Below, piece after piece: positions 43,301 through 51,712 of a stretch of DNA of 64,000 nt. Both the position numbers and the translations under genes were made by a program. Every line of letters starts with the position of its first letter. Position 1 is the stretch's first letter. The notes under the pieces were generated by a model. That model was not told the DNA's origin. It saw only the letters and a list, made by a program, of their open reading frames with translations, and ran no database searches. This DNA is from an uncultured Candidatus Binatia bacterium (GTDB taxonomy: Bacteria > Desulfobacterota > Binatia > Bin18), in contig OZ243961.1 of assembly GCA_965214605.1 (NCBI GenBank), forward strand, positions 1,472,001 to 1,536,000, in the 5' to 3' direction.

Positions 43301-43899
43301 TGCCGTTAGAACTCGGCAACCTAGAGCATTTGAGGCTCCTATGGATCAATCACAATCAACTCAGCGGAAGCCTGCCGTCGGAGTTGGAGAGATTCGCCGG
43401 ACTTACATCCATAAGGCTCCATGAAAACAACTTTACTGGCTGTGTCTCACATCCGTTGCACGGGCTGCGTAGGGAGTTAGCCGCCTCATCTGGCCTCCCC
43501 GAGTGCGTCGTGGCGGAGAGTGATACACAAGGTTTCAACCTCAAACGCACGTTAATCGAGGGAGCCCATCAGTGGTCCTTATGGCGGCCCGCCATCACGA
43601 CGAGCAAGACGGCTCACAATCTCGTTTTGCAAGTAGGGTTGCAAACCGGGATCATCGGCATAGCCGTGCTGCTCCTGTTGTTCGTATCCCTGATCTTCGG
43701 CCTAGTGGCGCCACAGGGTGAGGGAATTGGACCTACGCGACGGTTTGCATTGGCGTGTATCGTCACGATCATCCTTCACAACGCCTTCGAGGTCTTCTTG
43801 TTGCAGAATGCGCTCGTCCTAATGACCATAACCTGGCTGCTGATCGGTCTCTCCACGGGCGTGGTCCACGCCGGCGAAACATGCAAAGGAAGCCAATGA
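39397..43899 (+). CDS. Same gene, C-terminal part: eight further capped LRR modules plus the ligase HN motif and final TM helices
   Basis: Repeated DC..LL..RD...LNW...W.GV caps; AHNLVLQVGLQTGIIG at about 43612; LHNAFE TM segment. Confidence 0.8.
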   Translation: MAQQLNGAVPTTLTRLDRLSGLRLANNEFVAPFPSPLYAIADHDLTQALFCLPMPQTPPELLADCTALLAMRDIFAGDVPLNWTLSSQIGFWQGVVVAGTPPRVTALRLPNSGLSGHLPAQLGELDGLQELNLARNQLTGPIPPELGKLPKLRRLALQRNRLTGPIPPELGKLSDLSELWLSNNRLNGAVPTTLTRLDRLSGLRLANNEFVAPFPSPLYAIADHDLTQALFCLPMPQTPPELLADCTALLAMRDIFAGDVPLNWTLSSQIGFWQGVVVAGTPPRVTALRLPNSGLSGHLPAQLGELDGLQELNLAHNQLTGPIPPELKELRNLVLTGNRLTELTSHPVANHDVSSQFRCSSLPSALVRDCIALLEVRDVLAGGAVLNWDDSTPIQLWQGVVVDKIRQRVVALDLSGKRLRGRLPKELGALDQLQSLHLDHNLLSGAIPPELGRLAHLQELVLDANMLVGPIPVEITQLANLTVLSLRDNGLTAVPSRLEELGKLSRLSLGGNDFYDPLPPALVEINRDVGDDLLCSMIARQDTFRGLRQDCRALLDARDILTGSGELNWNDTLPIGLWRGVRLAHASEPRVVALRLPGSGLTGEIPPQLGHLTRLVSLRLNGNHLTGTIPAKLSSLRELVELRLENNRLSMSSPILDLNLLNNSLLVSLGGNRLDAVKASSASRDLALVTATASDGSKHVAQPVPDIIGKELFCRPSASPTELLADCEALLAARTALIGKGAAPLVNWSDSIPIGFWRGVTLSAETPPRVVALDLSQMRLHGRIPPELGVLERLHSLRLHRNRLAGPIPAELEALDNLQELMLGMNALTGSIPPTLGKLYQLKVLHLRRNRLTGSIPEELGELKNLQTLVLDGNALTGSVPVTLASLPNLEELWLKGNRLSGEIPAELAEPGRLAVLDLGDDVSSVGYDAGGLRFCEAARGKDNGLGQDCTVLLDVRERLMGTARLNWDITTPINDWQGVEVSGVPARVTALNLARTGINGNIPPELHKLDRLIELRLSDNGLTGPIPPELGKLVHLQVLALNNNALTGWLPRDLAKIPGLREVRLGGNATEHKRLCQPSLLDSPGLLDDCTVLLAVRDRLRGDAFLNWNKSTPIEAWKGVTVGDGGPERVVAVELPRAGLNGRLPSELLALKRLVSLRLEDNRLTGFIPAGLDHLRDLVRLRLDGNDFSGCVPSAPARMQGRDLELDMLCGPSAWAKPKLYDDMAVLISVQDALAGNAELNWDFTRPVTSWQGVTVGGEPPRVEQIMLSRMGLDGHIPPQLEALDRLVALHLDGNRLTGTVPLELGNLEHLRLLWINHNQLSGSLPSELERFAGLTSIRLHENNFTGCVSHPLHGLRRELAASSGLPECVVAESDTQGFNLKRTLIEGAHQWSLWRPAITTSKTAHNLVLQVGLQTGIIGIAVLLLLFVSLIFGLVAPQGEGIGPTRRFALACIVTIILHNAFEVFLLQNALVLMTITWLLIGLSTGVVHAGETCKGSQ

Positions 43900-43927
43900 A
43901 AGGCAACGGCTCCTTATTAGAGGGCGC

Positions 43928-45301
43928 TCATGACCATCGCATTCCAGCATGGCGGACCAGCTTGAGAGCCGAGGTCCACAAAAACGCCACGTCGGCGGGC
44001 CGGAGCAGCAGAGTGGCAGACATGGACAATTGGGTGGTTCTCTGGAACGTAATCCACAGGATGAAGCTGCGGCAGAGAAGGCTGCCGGTCAAGGCCCATG
44101 CAGCGCCGTGCAACCCCCACGTCGGATAAAGGACAAAGAAAAGCACGCCGTTGGCAGTGAGGCCGAGCCACATGGCATAGGAGAAGACCTGGGGAAGGTT
44201 AACGCCCCGGAAGTAGGTGGCGAAGATCTCGGCGCCAGCATAGGCCAGTACACCGATGGACATGATCCAGGTCAAATGGACGACCGGAGCAAAGGCTTCC
44301 GAGAGAAGCAGGGGCACTAGGTGGGTGCTGACGGCGAACCAGACCAGCAGCAGCCCTCCCATGGTTGACCAGGTCACGCGGGCGCAGAAGGCGGCAAGTT
44401 CGGGCCTCCCAGAAGCACTGTCGGCCGTCCGCGGCAGCAGATAGGCTGAGACTGCAGTCTGAATGAAGTTACTCTTCGTGATCAGAGTATTGCTTGTGGC
44501 GAAGAGCCCGATGTCGGCGCGATCAGCCACATTGCCCAGCAGCAGACTCCCCACTCGGGATTCGAAGGACTGGCCAACTCTCGCCGGATACTCTTTGAGG
44601 CCGTATAGAAGCACCTCTCGCAACCCCTCCCAGCTCGGCAGCTCCAAGGTCAGACCGCAATGCTGCCTTAAGTCCAGAACACAAGCCCCGACCATTGCCA
44701 AATGCCCCAATGCCAACGCCAGGACTGCGCCGCTGACGCCTAGGTTCAGTCCCCACACCAAAACTACGACAGCAGCCGCTCCCACTCCCGCACGGAGGAA
44801 GGAGAATAACGCCAGTCGGCCGAATCGCCGCAGCCCCTCTAGCTGCAGGATGATGGCGGAGACAAGGGAAGATATGGGGATCAGGAGCATAGCCATGTAG
44901 AAGGAACTCGTGCTGGCGTTGCGGAAAAAATCAAGGTCGCTATGAATCAGCGGTAGTGCTGCAATGATGGCGACCGTACTCCCAATCAGACAAAAGACGA
45001 CCGCAATCGACACACCCCGCGAGATGCTGATCCGCTTCGTGATAATGAGGTATTGCGCACCGTGGCCAGAGCCCAAGGTGACTAGGGCCCCGGCGAGGCT
45101 TCCAAATAAAACGCAGACCGTATAGGCACCGCGGCCTTCGGGCAGAAGCGTATAGGCAAGAAGACTTTGGGTTACTACGTTTAGGGTCAGGACAATTCCC
45201 CGGGTGATCAGCAGGACTGTTACCTCCTGTCGGCCGGTGGAGGCTGGTCCCGATTGGGTGGGAGGCGTAATAAGTCTCTCCTTACAAAGCCGATTGCTCA
45301 C
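43928..45301 (-). CDS. wzx: Oligosaccharide/O-antigen flippase (Wzx, MOP superfamily)
   Basis: About 12 hydrophobic segments; LLPEGRGAY, LLYGL, IGLF, P.WGL.GAAWA patterns. Confidence 0.8.
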   Translation of the reverse strand: MSNRLCKERLITPPTQSGPASTGRQEVTVLLITRGIVLTLNVVTQSLLAYTLLPEGRGAYTVCVLFGSLAGALVTLGSGHGAQYLIITKRISISRGVSIAVVFCLIGSTVAIIAALPLIHSDLDFFRNASTSSFYMAMLLIPISSLVSAIILQLEGLRRFGRLALFSFLRAGVGAAAVVVLVWGLNLGVSGAVLALALGHLAMVGACVLDLRQHCGLTLELPSWEGLREVLLYGLKEYPARVGQSFESRVGSLLLGNVADRADIGLFATSNTLITKSNFIQTAVSAYLLPRTADSASGRPELAAFCARVTWSTMGGLLLVWFAVSTHLVPLLLSEAFAPVVHLTWIMSIGVLAYAGAEIFATYFRGVNLPQVFSYAMWLGLTANGVLFFVLYPTWGLHGAAWALTGSLLCRSFILWITFQRTTQLSMSATLLLRPADVAFLWTSALKLVRHAGMRWS

Positions 45302-45770
45302 TTACATCGAGATGCCGAACGCCTATATTCTATGCGCAGGGGCCTGATGCGCGCAGGTTTTATAAGCGACTCTACGCCTCAGCAGGGGTGAGCGGCTAGT
45401 TGGTGACGATCTGCGGGGATATCGGCTCCTTATAATAAGCTTTTTTGTCCCCGTGTCAAATATTCTCCACGTACACCACCGCCATACTAACCGTCGTTAT
45501 CTCCACCCGTCGGCCGGTTTGTAGCTTTTGAAAGGCTGCAGGAACCCCATGTTGATATCACGAATACCGGGGTATATGAGGTAAGACTTCGAGAGGTTGG
45601 AAGAGGCTATAGAGGTAAGCTCAGCGTTCGTTGGAGGCTGGTCACCGACGACGCTTTTCAATGTTGCGTTGGTTAACACAACCCTGGAATTGGAAGGCTC
45701 GTGCGGCTACCTCTTTATCAAAACTGTCCGAAAGTCTTGCTCATCTCATAAGGAGAAAGGCTGGAAACCC

Positions 45771-47879
45771 ATGAAGAAACGCTGGAAAACGACGATGTTT
45801 CCCCCCCTTGCCGTTCTGAGATTCTTTCTCAACCTCGGTCTTGCGGCACTGCTGCCGGTGACGGCAAGCTGTGCGCATGAGGTTGATCCTCCGCCGAACG
45901 TGCTCGTCATCTTCGTCGACGACCTCGGCTACAACGACGTGAGCTTCAACGGCGCGACCGAGATCAAGACGCCGAACATCGACCAGCTGGCGAAAGAAGG
46001 CGTGATCTTCGCCAACGGCTACGTGGCCGCTCCGACCTGCGGCCCGTCGCGTGCCGGCCTGATGACCGGGCGCTACCCGGCACGGTTCGGCATGGAGTTG
46101 AATCTGGCCTACGCGCCTTTCGACCCTGACCACGGTCTGCCAGTGGAGGAAACGACCTTTGCCACGTACCTCCAGGACTCCGGCTACCGCACCGGCCTCG
46201 TCGGCAAATGGCAGCTCGGCGCCGCGCCGCCGTTCCACCCGCTCAACCGCGGCTTCGATTCCTTCTTCGGCTTCCTCGCCGGTGAACATGACTACTTCCG
46301 CATCGACGTCACGCGCTCTCCACTCCATGTTGGCTGGCTCCCGCTCAGCGACAACCGGGGCGCGGTCGGGTTCACCGGCTACCTCACCGATGCGCTGACC
46401 GAGCGCGCGGTGGACTTCATCCGCGAGGAGTCGGAGGCGCCCTTTTTCCTGTATCTGGCCTACAATGCCCCGCATACGCCCCTGCAGGCGCCGCCGGAAC
46501 TCGTCAAGAAGTATGCTCACGTCGCGGACGAGAGGCGGCGCGTGTACCTGACGATGGTCGATTCGCTGGACTACAACGTGGGCCAGGTGCTGGACGCACT
46601 GCGGGAAACGGGCCAGCGGGACGATACCCTCGTGTTCTTCCTCAGCGACAACGGTGGCGTGTATCCCCGGCCCAGTTGGGAGAACCAGACTTGGGCGGAC
46701 AACTCTCCGTTTCGCGGCGGCAAGACCAGCTTCCACGAAGGCGGCATTCGCGTGCCGTTCGTCGCCTCCTGGCCGGCCCGTTGGCCGCGCGGCGTGACCT
46801 TCGAGCCGATGGTCATCAGCCTGGATATCGCGGCCACCGCGCTCGCCCTGGCCGGCGTCGCCGACCCGGCGCAGCCTCTCGATGGCGTCAACCTCGACCC
46901 CTTCGTTCGCGGAGAGGCCACCGGCCCTCCGCACGACGCCCTCTTCTGGCGCCGCGTGTTCCCCCGGGACTGGTCCAAGACCGTCTACATCGTGCGCGCC
47001 GGCGACATGAAACTCATCAAGGCCACCCGCGATGGGGACGCCGCGCTCTTCGATCTGCGCACCGACCCCGGTGAGACGCGCGACCGGGCCGGCGAGAAGA
47101 CGGATGCCGTGGCGCGGCTGGCCGCGCTCTGGAACGAATGGAACCGGGAGAACCTGGGATACCGCTTTACCGACGAGACCACGTATAAAAATGTTCTCCA
47201 CGAGACAAGAAAGAGGTTGGCCGCGAGGTCGATGGTAATGCCCCCGTTCCAAATAGGATCCAAAAAGGAAATGACCGATATGCAGGTGACGCCCTCGTGT
47301 TCCAACGGAGTCGTGGTGCCGGAGCCGGACCGCAATCCCGGCCTGGTCGCCGACTGCGCGGTCCTGATGGAAGTGAAGGACATGTTCGTCGAGGAAGTCC
47401 ACACCTGGAGGTTTACCCGGCCGCTCCAGACCTGGGAGGGCGTCACCATTGGCGGTCCACCGCTTCGGGTCCGCGCGTTGTCGCTCGCTCAGCGCGGTCT
47501 CCCTGGCCGCCTCCCCTCGAAGCTTGCGGAACTGGACAGGCTTGAAGAGTTGAGGCTCAGCGGCAACCGTCTGGCCGGCGGGATTCCGCCGGAGCTGGGC
47601 CGTCTGACCGGGCTGCGGCTCCTCGCCCTTAGCGATAATCTCCTGACCGGCGAGCTGCCGCCGGAGCTGGGCGCGTTGTCGGACCTGGAGGAGTTGCGGC
47701 TCCGAGGCAATCGGCTGACGGGGGCGATTCCGCCGGAGTGGGGCGGGCTGCCCCGACTGCGGCTCCTTAGGTTGGCGGACAACGGCCTTGTCGGCTGCAT
47801 TCCGCCGGCTTTGCGGGAGGTCGAAAGTCACGACCTGCAAAGGCTGGGCCTTGTGTCTTGCATTCCGGCTACGCCATAG
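45771..47879 (+). CDS. Exported formylglycine-type sulfatase fused to a C-terminal capped LRR module
   Basis: Signal/possible lipobox (TASC), PNVLVIFVDDLGY, CGPSRAGLMTGR, AYNAPH, SDNGG, EGGIRVP; then DC.VL...W.GV cap and about five LRRs. Confidence 0.88.
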   Translation: MKKRWKTTMFPPLAVLRFFLNLGLAALLPVTASCAHEVDPPPNVLVIFVDDLGYNDVSFNGATEIKTPNIDQLAKEGVIFANGYVAAPTCGPSRAGLMTGRYPARFGMELNLAYAPFDPDHGLPVEETTFATYLQDSGYRTGLVGKWQLGAAPPFHPLNRGFDSFFGFLAGEHDYFRIDVTRSPLHVGWLPLSDNRGAVGFTGYLTDALTERAVDFIREESEAPFFLYLAYNAPHTPLQAPPELVKKYAHVADERRRVYLTMVDSLDYNVGQVLDALRETGQRDDTLVFFLSDNGGVYPRPSWENQTWADNSPFRGGKTSFHEGGIRVPFVASWPARWPRGVTFEPMVISLDIAATALALAGVADPAQPLDGVNLDPFVRGEATGPPHDALFWRRVFPRDWSKTVYIVRAGDMKLIKATRDGDAALFDLRTDPGETRDRAGEKTDAVARLAALWNEWNRENLGYRFTDETTYKNVLHETRKRLAARSMVMPPFQIGSKKEMTDMQVTPSCSNGVVVPEPDRNPGLVADCAVLMEVKDMFVEEVHTWRFTRPLQTWEGVTIGGPPLRVRALSLAQRGLPGRLPSKLAELDRLEELRLSGNRLAGGIPPELGRLTGLRLLALSDNLLTGELPPELGALSDLEELRLRGNRLTGAIPPEWGGLPRLRLLRLADNGLVGCIPPALREVESHDLQRLGLVSCIPATP

Positions 47880-48026
47880 CGGACGCATTACCGATGGCCC
47901 GGCGAGGTTTCACCCTCCGAGAACAAGTCGAAATGTCTTTGAGCCGGCAGAAGTGAAGGGGGATTTGAAACTGAGCCACTACTTACGCGCCTTGAGGAAT
48001 TAGCGTGACGACGTTTGCCCGAAAGG

Positions 48027-48080
48027 GTCATTCCTGCGAAAGCGGAAATCCGATGGATGCTGAGTCAAGCCCGGCATGAC
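48027..48080. repeat. REP/RPE-type palindromic element GTCATTCCTGCGAAAGCGGAAATCC...GGATGCTGAGTCAAGCCCGGCATGAC
   Basis: GTCAT...ATGAC termini and internal hairpins typical of this dispersed repeat class. Confidence 0.7.
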
Positions 48081-48201
48081 GTGCAGACGGGGCCTATGCC
48101 TGCGGATGATGGATGGTATCCTGGCAACAACTTCTGGCAGAGACACTTCAAGAGGGGTTAACGAGTTGCCAAGTGCGTAATATCACTCGCTTGAGATACT
48201 C

Positions 48202-48747
48202 GTGCTGATCAAAAGAACTCTCGTTGACCGGATACGCAGAGGGAGCGCCGTGATCCGAGCGCCTCGCTTGCTGAAAAAACTCGCGGGGGGGCTTCGTGCA
48301 GTCCTTTATCACCACCTTGGAGAACCGTGCCTTTTTACCCGGCGAATCGGAGTTTGTACGCCACCCGAGTTGTTCGAGGCACACATCGAGTGTCTCGTGT
48401 GCGACTACGACATCATGAGCCTGGATGATGTCCTGGATGGCACCCTTCCAAAGCGGCCACTGCTCATCACCTTCGATGACGCCTATCGGTCAGCGCTTGA
48501 CGTAGGCGCGCCTATTTTTCTGAGAGGAACATTGCGTCGAATGTGCACCACCGCGGTGTTATTCGAGCGGTGTTATTCGAGCTGCTCTCTCTATTTAGCG
48601 TCAAGACCGCAAATGCGCCTGTTTTGTCTATGGCGCCTCTCCCAATCGACAAGTCAGCGGCCTCTGCGCATTCTTCTTCGCAACAAACAACAGACCTGCG
48701 CCTCAGGCGCCGTCCGGCAGGATTCTTCTAGTGGCCGGGCTGCCTAG
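48202..48747 (+). pseudogene. Polysaccharide deacetylase (NodB-like), N-terminal fragment
   Basis: VLYHH, PELFE.H...L...Y.I.SL, LLITFDDAY; similarity lost after about 48520 and no H-x-x-x-H motif seen. Confidence 0.7.
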
Positions 48748-48919
48748 CCCATCAGGGCGGCGGCTATCCAGCCTTTATCTCGGCCCAAGACTATCACCAG
48801 CTCGCAAAAGATAACCCTTTCCCTTTCTTGGCCGCCAGTAGAACATCGCACCCTTCCTGGCGTGTCAGGCTTGCTCGTCCTTATGAAAAATCTGGGTCAG
48901 AACCCGGACCGTCAGCCCA

Positions 48920-50419
48920 TCAAACCTTCAGCGTCATCTCGATAAAGCCGAAGCTGGCCCCATCACCGACAAAAATTCGATCGACAATACTGTCGCCAAA
49001 GACATGGGCAAAGAAAATATTGACGTTGACATGCCGGTTGACTGTGTAGTTCAGTGAGGTCTCAATGATCTGGAACAGATCGTGTTTGCCAAACACCGGC
49101 CGGCCGACATAGCCAAATCCAGTCTGTCGGTTCTCCAGTGTAGCTCCAGCCCCCTGGTACCACAGGTCATTGTCTTCACTCACCCGGATATTGTGAAAGT
49201 CGGTGCGCCAGACCAAGCCCTTGAGCGGTTTGAGAATAAGCTGCAAGAAGGCGTCTTCGCTATTCATCAGGTTGTAGAAGGTCGTAAACGAATATACCCG
49301 GGCGGTGGGCAGGATCTGAAAGAAGGTCTCGTGATCGTCATCGTGGGGATCATCATCGCCCGAACTGCGATTATAGCCAACCCGAATCCACGGCTGCCAG
49401 GGCAATGTCCGGGGCTGCCAGCCGATCTCAAACGCCAGCGCCCAGGCCGCATGGTCCAGCCTGCCCCAGTCACCGCCCTGTCCCACGCCCCAGCCCATCA
49501 GGTCAATCGGGCCGGCTGAAGTCGGCCTCACATAGATTAGGTTGCCGCCGGCGGTGTGGACAGCGATATGCTGGCGGTCGGCGTTACGGACTGCAGCAGG
49601 CCGGTTGTCGGTCGGTCGCAGGCCGCGCCCGTCGGCATAATAGATGTAAAACAGACGTGCATCACTGGTTTGGGCAAACGATGGTCGGGTGATGTTGAAG
49701 CCAGTGTACAACAGGTCAATGTCCTCTATCATCTCAAGGCCGGCCAGATCAAACCCACCCTGGGTCGGGTGGGAGCCGTGCACAGTCAAGTTATAGGCGT
49801 CTTTGGTATAGCTCAGGGTGAAGCCGTCATACGAGCGCCCGACGTGCGACCAGCCAAACGGGCCGATCAGGCGTTGCGAGACGCGGAAGCGCTTGATCCA
49901 ATCGGTAGTCGGGTCCTTGCTCAGCACTTCGGCCCCTTCGGCGATCAGGTGTCGCCCGCCCTTGATTGTCAGCCCCGGTACGCCCAACTGCTTGAGCGTC
50001 AGGTGCGCCTGTTTGAGAAAAACGCCCGAGTCGTTCCTGCGGCTGCTGTGAGCACGGTAGACCGCCCCCAGGCCAAAGGCGGCCTGCGGAGCGGGTGCTG
50101 AGGCGTCATCGGGCAGGCCGAGCAGGGAAGAGTTTTGTCCTTCCACATAGACATCAAAGAAGTTCTCCGACCACTTTAGCCCGAACTTGGCAACGGTTGC
50201 CGCATAGGCGTAGGAACTGTCTCCGGATGATCCCTCGAACCAGTCCCAGAACTCTCCCCGTACCCGCAGGCTGGCCGCCAGCGACAGCTTGGAGGAAATC
50301 TGAGACCGCGCCGTGTTTGCCTGGATCCGGGCCGGCAGACAGACCAGGAAGCAGACGGCGAGCAGCATGCTAGTCAGCCCCCTCCTCGCGCGAATCAAGG
50401 CAGGCGGTCGTTTTATCAT
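48920..50419 (-). CDS. Alginate export (AlgE-like) outer-membrane beta-barrel protein
   Basis: Signal peptide, R.R.E.WDWF, LKQA.L, QRLIG..GWS.VGRSYDG, SGDDDP.D..HETF. Confidence 0.78.
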   Translation of the reverse strand: MIKRPPALIRARRGLTSMLLAVCFLVCLPARIQANTARSQISSKLSLAASLRVRGEFWDWFEGSSGDSSYAYAATVAKFGLKWSENFFDVYVEGQNSSLLGLPDDASAPAPQAAFGLGAVYRAHSSRRNDSGVFLKQAHLTLKQLGVPGLTIKGGRHLIAEGAEVLSKDPTTDWIKRFRVSQRLIGPFGWSHVGRSYDGFTLSYTKDAYNLTVHGSHPTQGGFDLAGLEMIEDIDLLYTGFNITRPSFAQTSDARLFYIYYADGRGLRPTDNRPAAVRNADRQHIAVHTAGGNLIYVRPTSAGPIDLMGWGVGQGGDWGRLDHAAWALAFEIGWQPRTLPWQPWIRVGYNRSSGDDDPHDDDHETFFQILPTARVYSFTTFYNLMNSEDAFLQLILKPLKGLVWRTDFHNIRVSEDNDLWYQGAGATLENRQTGFGYVGRPVFGKHDLFQIIETSLNYTVNRHVNVNIFFAHVFGDSIVDRIFVGDGASFGFIEMTLKV

Positions 50420-51377
50420 GTGGGCTTTCCCCTCTCTCCCTCTTGTATAGACAGGAAGCTCTGTACTAGGCGGTCGCTCCGAGAGAACAGCTGGCGAGAA
50501 CTTGGCCGGCAGGCTGTACGCCAAGGCCACATACGTAGGCACTCAGCCACATGAGTACTTCGGGCGTAGACAGGAGTTCGGAACGGGACAGGAAGTCGGC
50601 CGCCGCGGCCTCGACACTGCCTCCGGCCCCGACAATGCCAGCCACCCCGCCACGCGTGTTCTTGTTAAGGAACAGTACCACGCGTAGGTCGCGCCTTCGG
50701 ACCTCTGGACAAACAGACTGAAGATAACCATAGTCGTCGCGGCCAGAAACAGCGTAGCCATCCGGAGAAAGAGGATCAAGGCCCAGGCTCTTGGCCAAGA
50801 ACGCGCTGCCCACATATCACACCCGGCCGGTCAAACTGCTCCTGACTGTCAGTCTGTCGGAAAAGGCGTCCTCTAGCATCCGGGGAGAAACGTTCGTCAA
50901 TCCAAACACCTTGTTGACGCCGCACAACGGGACAAAGGCGCATCGGAGCGAACATCATAGAGGAGTGATGACAAATGAAACCCCAATAGCGCCAACCGAA
51001 ACAGCAGGAAGCTCTCGTAACTGTCTGCCTGCCCGATGTCCATAACCGGTAGTGACTCTCACACCAGTAGCCCAGGTATGAGTCGGATGCGTCCTAAAAC
51101 GCCGGCACGTCCCAATAAGCACGTCCGTCATAGTTTTTACACAGGACGCTCAGCAGATACAGTTTGTATGTAGAAGTCGGCCATATTGCGGAGGCTAGTA
51201 AAGAATCTTTTGTCAGCGATATGCCGGGGGTAGAAAGCGTGCTCTTTCAGTGGCCGATCTTCCTTCAGCGCGTATGGTGCGCCACAGCCACCAAGTCGTG
51301 ATAAAACATACTCCCGAGACGTCTGTGGCCGGCCCTGCAATAGCATCAACACTGCCGAGATACCCATTTATAAGTCT

Positions 51378-51405
51378 CAACCAACAAACCCCTGGTTGTT
51401 GGTTG
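51378..51405. terminator. 10-bp inverted repeat CAACCAACAA-N8-TTGTTGGTTG; possible terminator or operator
   Basis: Perfect stem followed by T-rich sequence. Confidence 0.35.
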
Positions 51406-51566
51406 CACTTTTAGTTTTCCGCCTATCACAAAAGTAGGCAGCCAGTAGTGACTAGCTCCCAGCCCAGTCGAACCATATTTTTCGGAAAAAACAAGGACAA
51501 GGGCGCGATTTGAGTCCGTTTCCTACCCACACGGGGCAGTTGTATGACAGATACTACTCCCCTCCT

Positions 51567-51644
51567 ATATGTAACGAGAGAGCTGGCTACCCATATGTAA
51601 CGAGAGAGCTGGCTACCCATATGTAACGAGAGAGCTGGCTACCC
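51567..51644. repeat. Three perfect 26-bp tandem repeats ATATGTAACGAGAGAGCTGGCTACCC
   Basis: 51567-51592, 51593-51618, 51619-51644; no spacers. Confidence 0.92.
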
Positions 51645-51712
51645 ACCTGACTCGCTCCTTTTCCTTAAACACAGGGATGGCGTTCCCCTCACGCCCCCCT
51701 TTCGCTTATTTG

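Noticed and set aside
38173-43349. Repeated small minus-strand and alternate-frame ORFs within the LRR gene
   Set aside because: By-products of the repeated LRR coding sequence.
45741-47888. 715-aa minus-strand ORF
   Set aside because: Antisense shadow of the sulfatase-LRR gene, explained by strong GC3 bias; no recognisable motifs.
50817-50819. Selenocysteine read-through at in-frame TGA (also considered for TGA 325-327)
   Set aside because: No redox-motif context or evident SECIS, and accompanying frameshifts indicate decay.
51567-51644. CRISPR array call
   Set aside because: Repeats are contiguous with no spacers.
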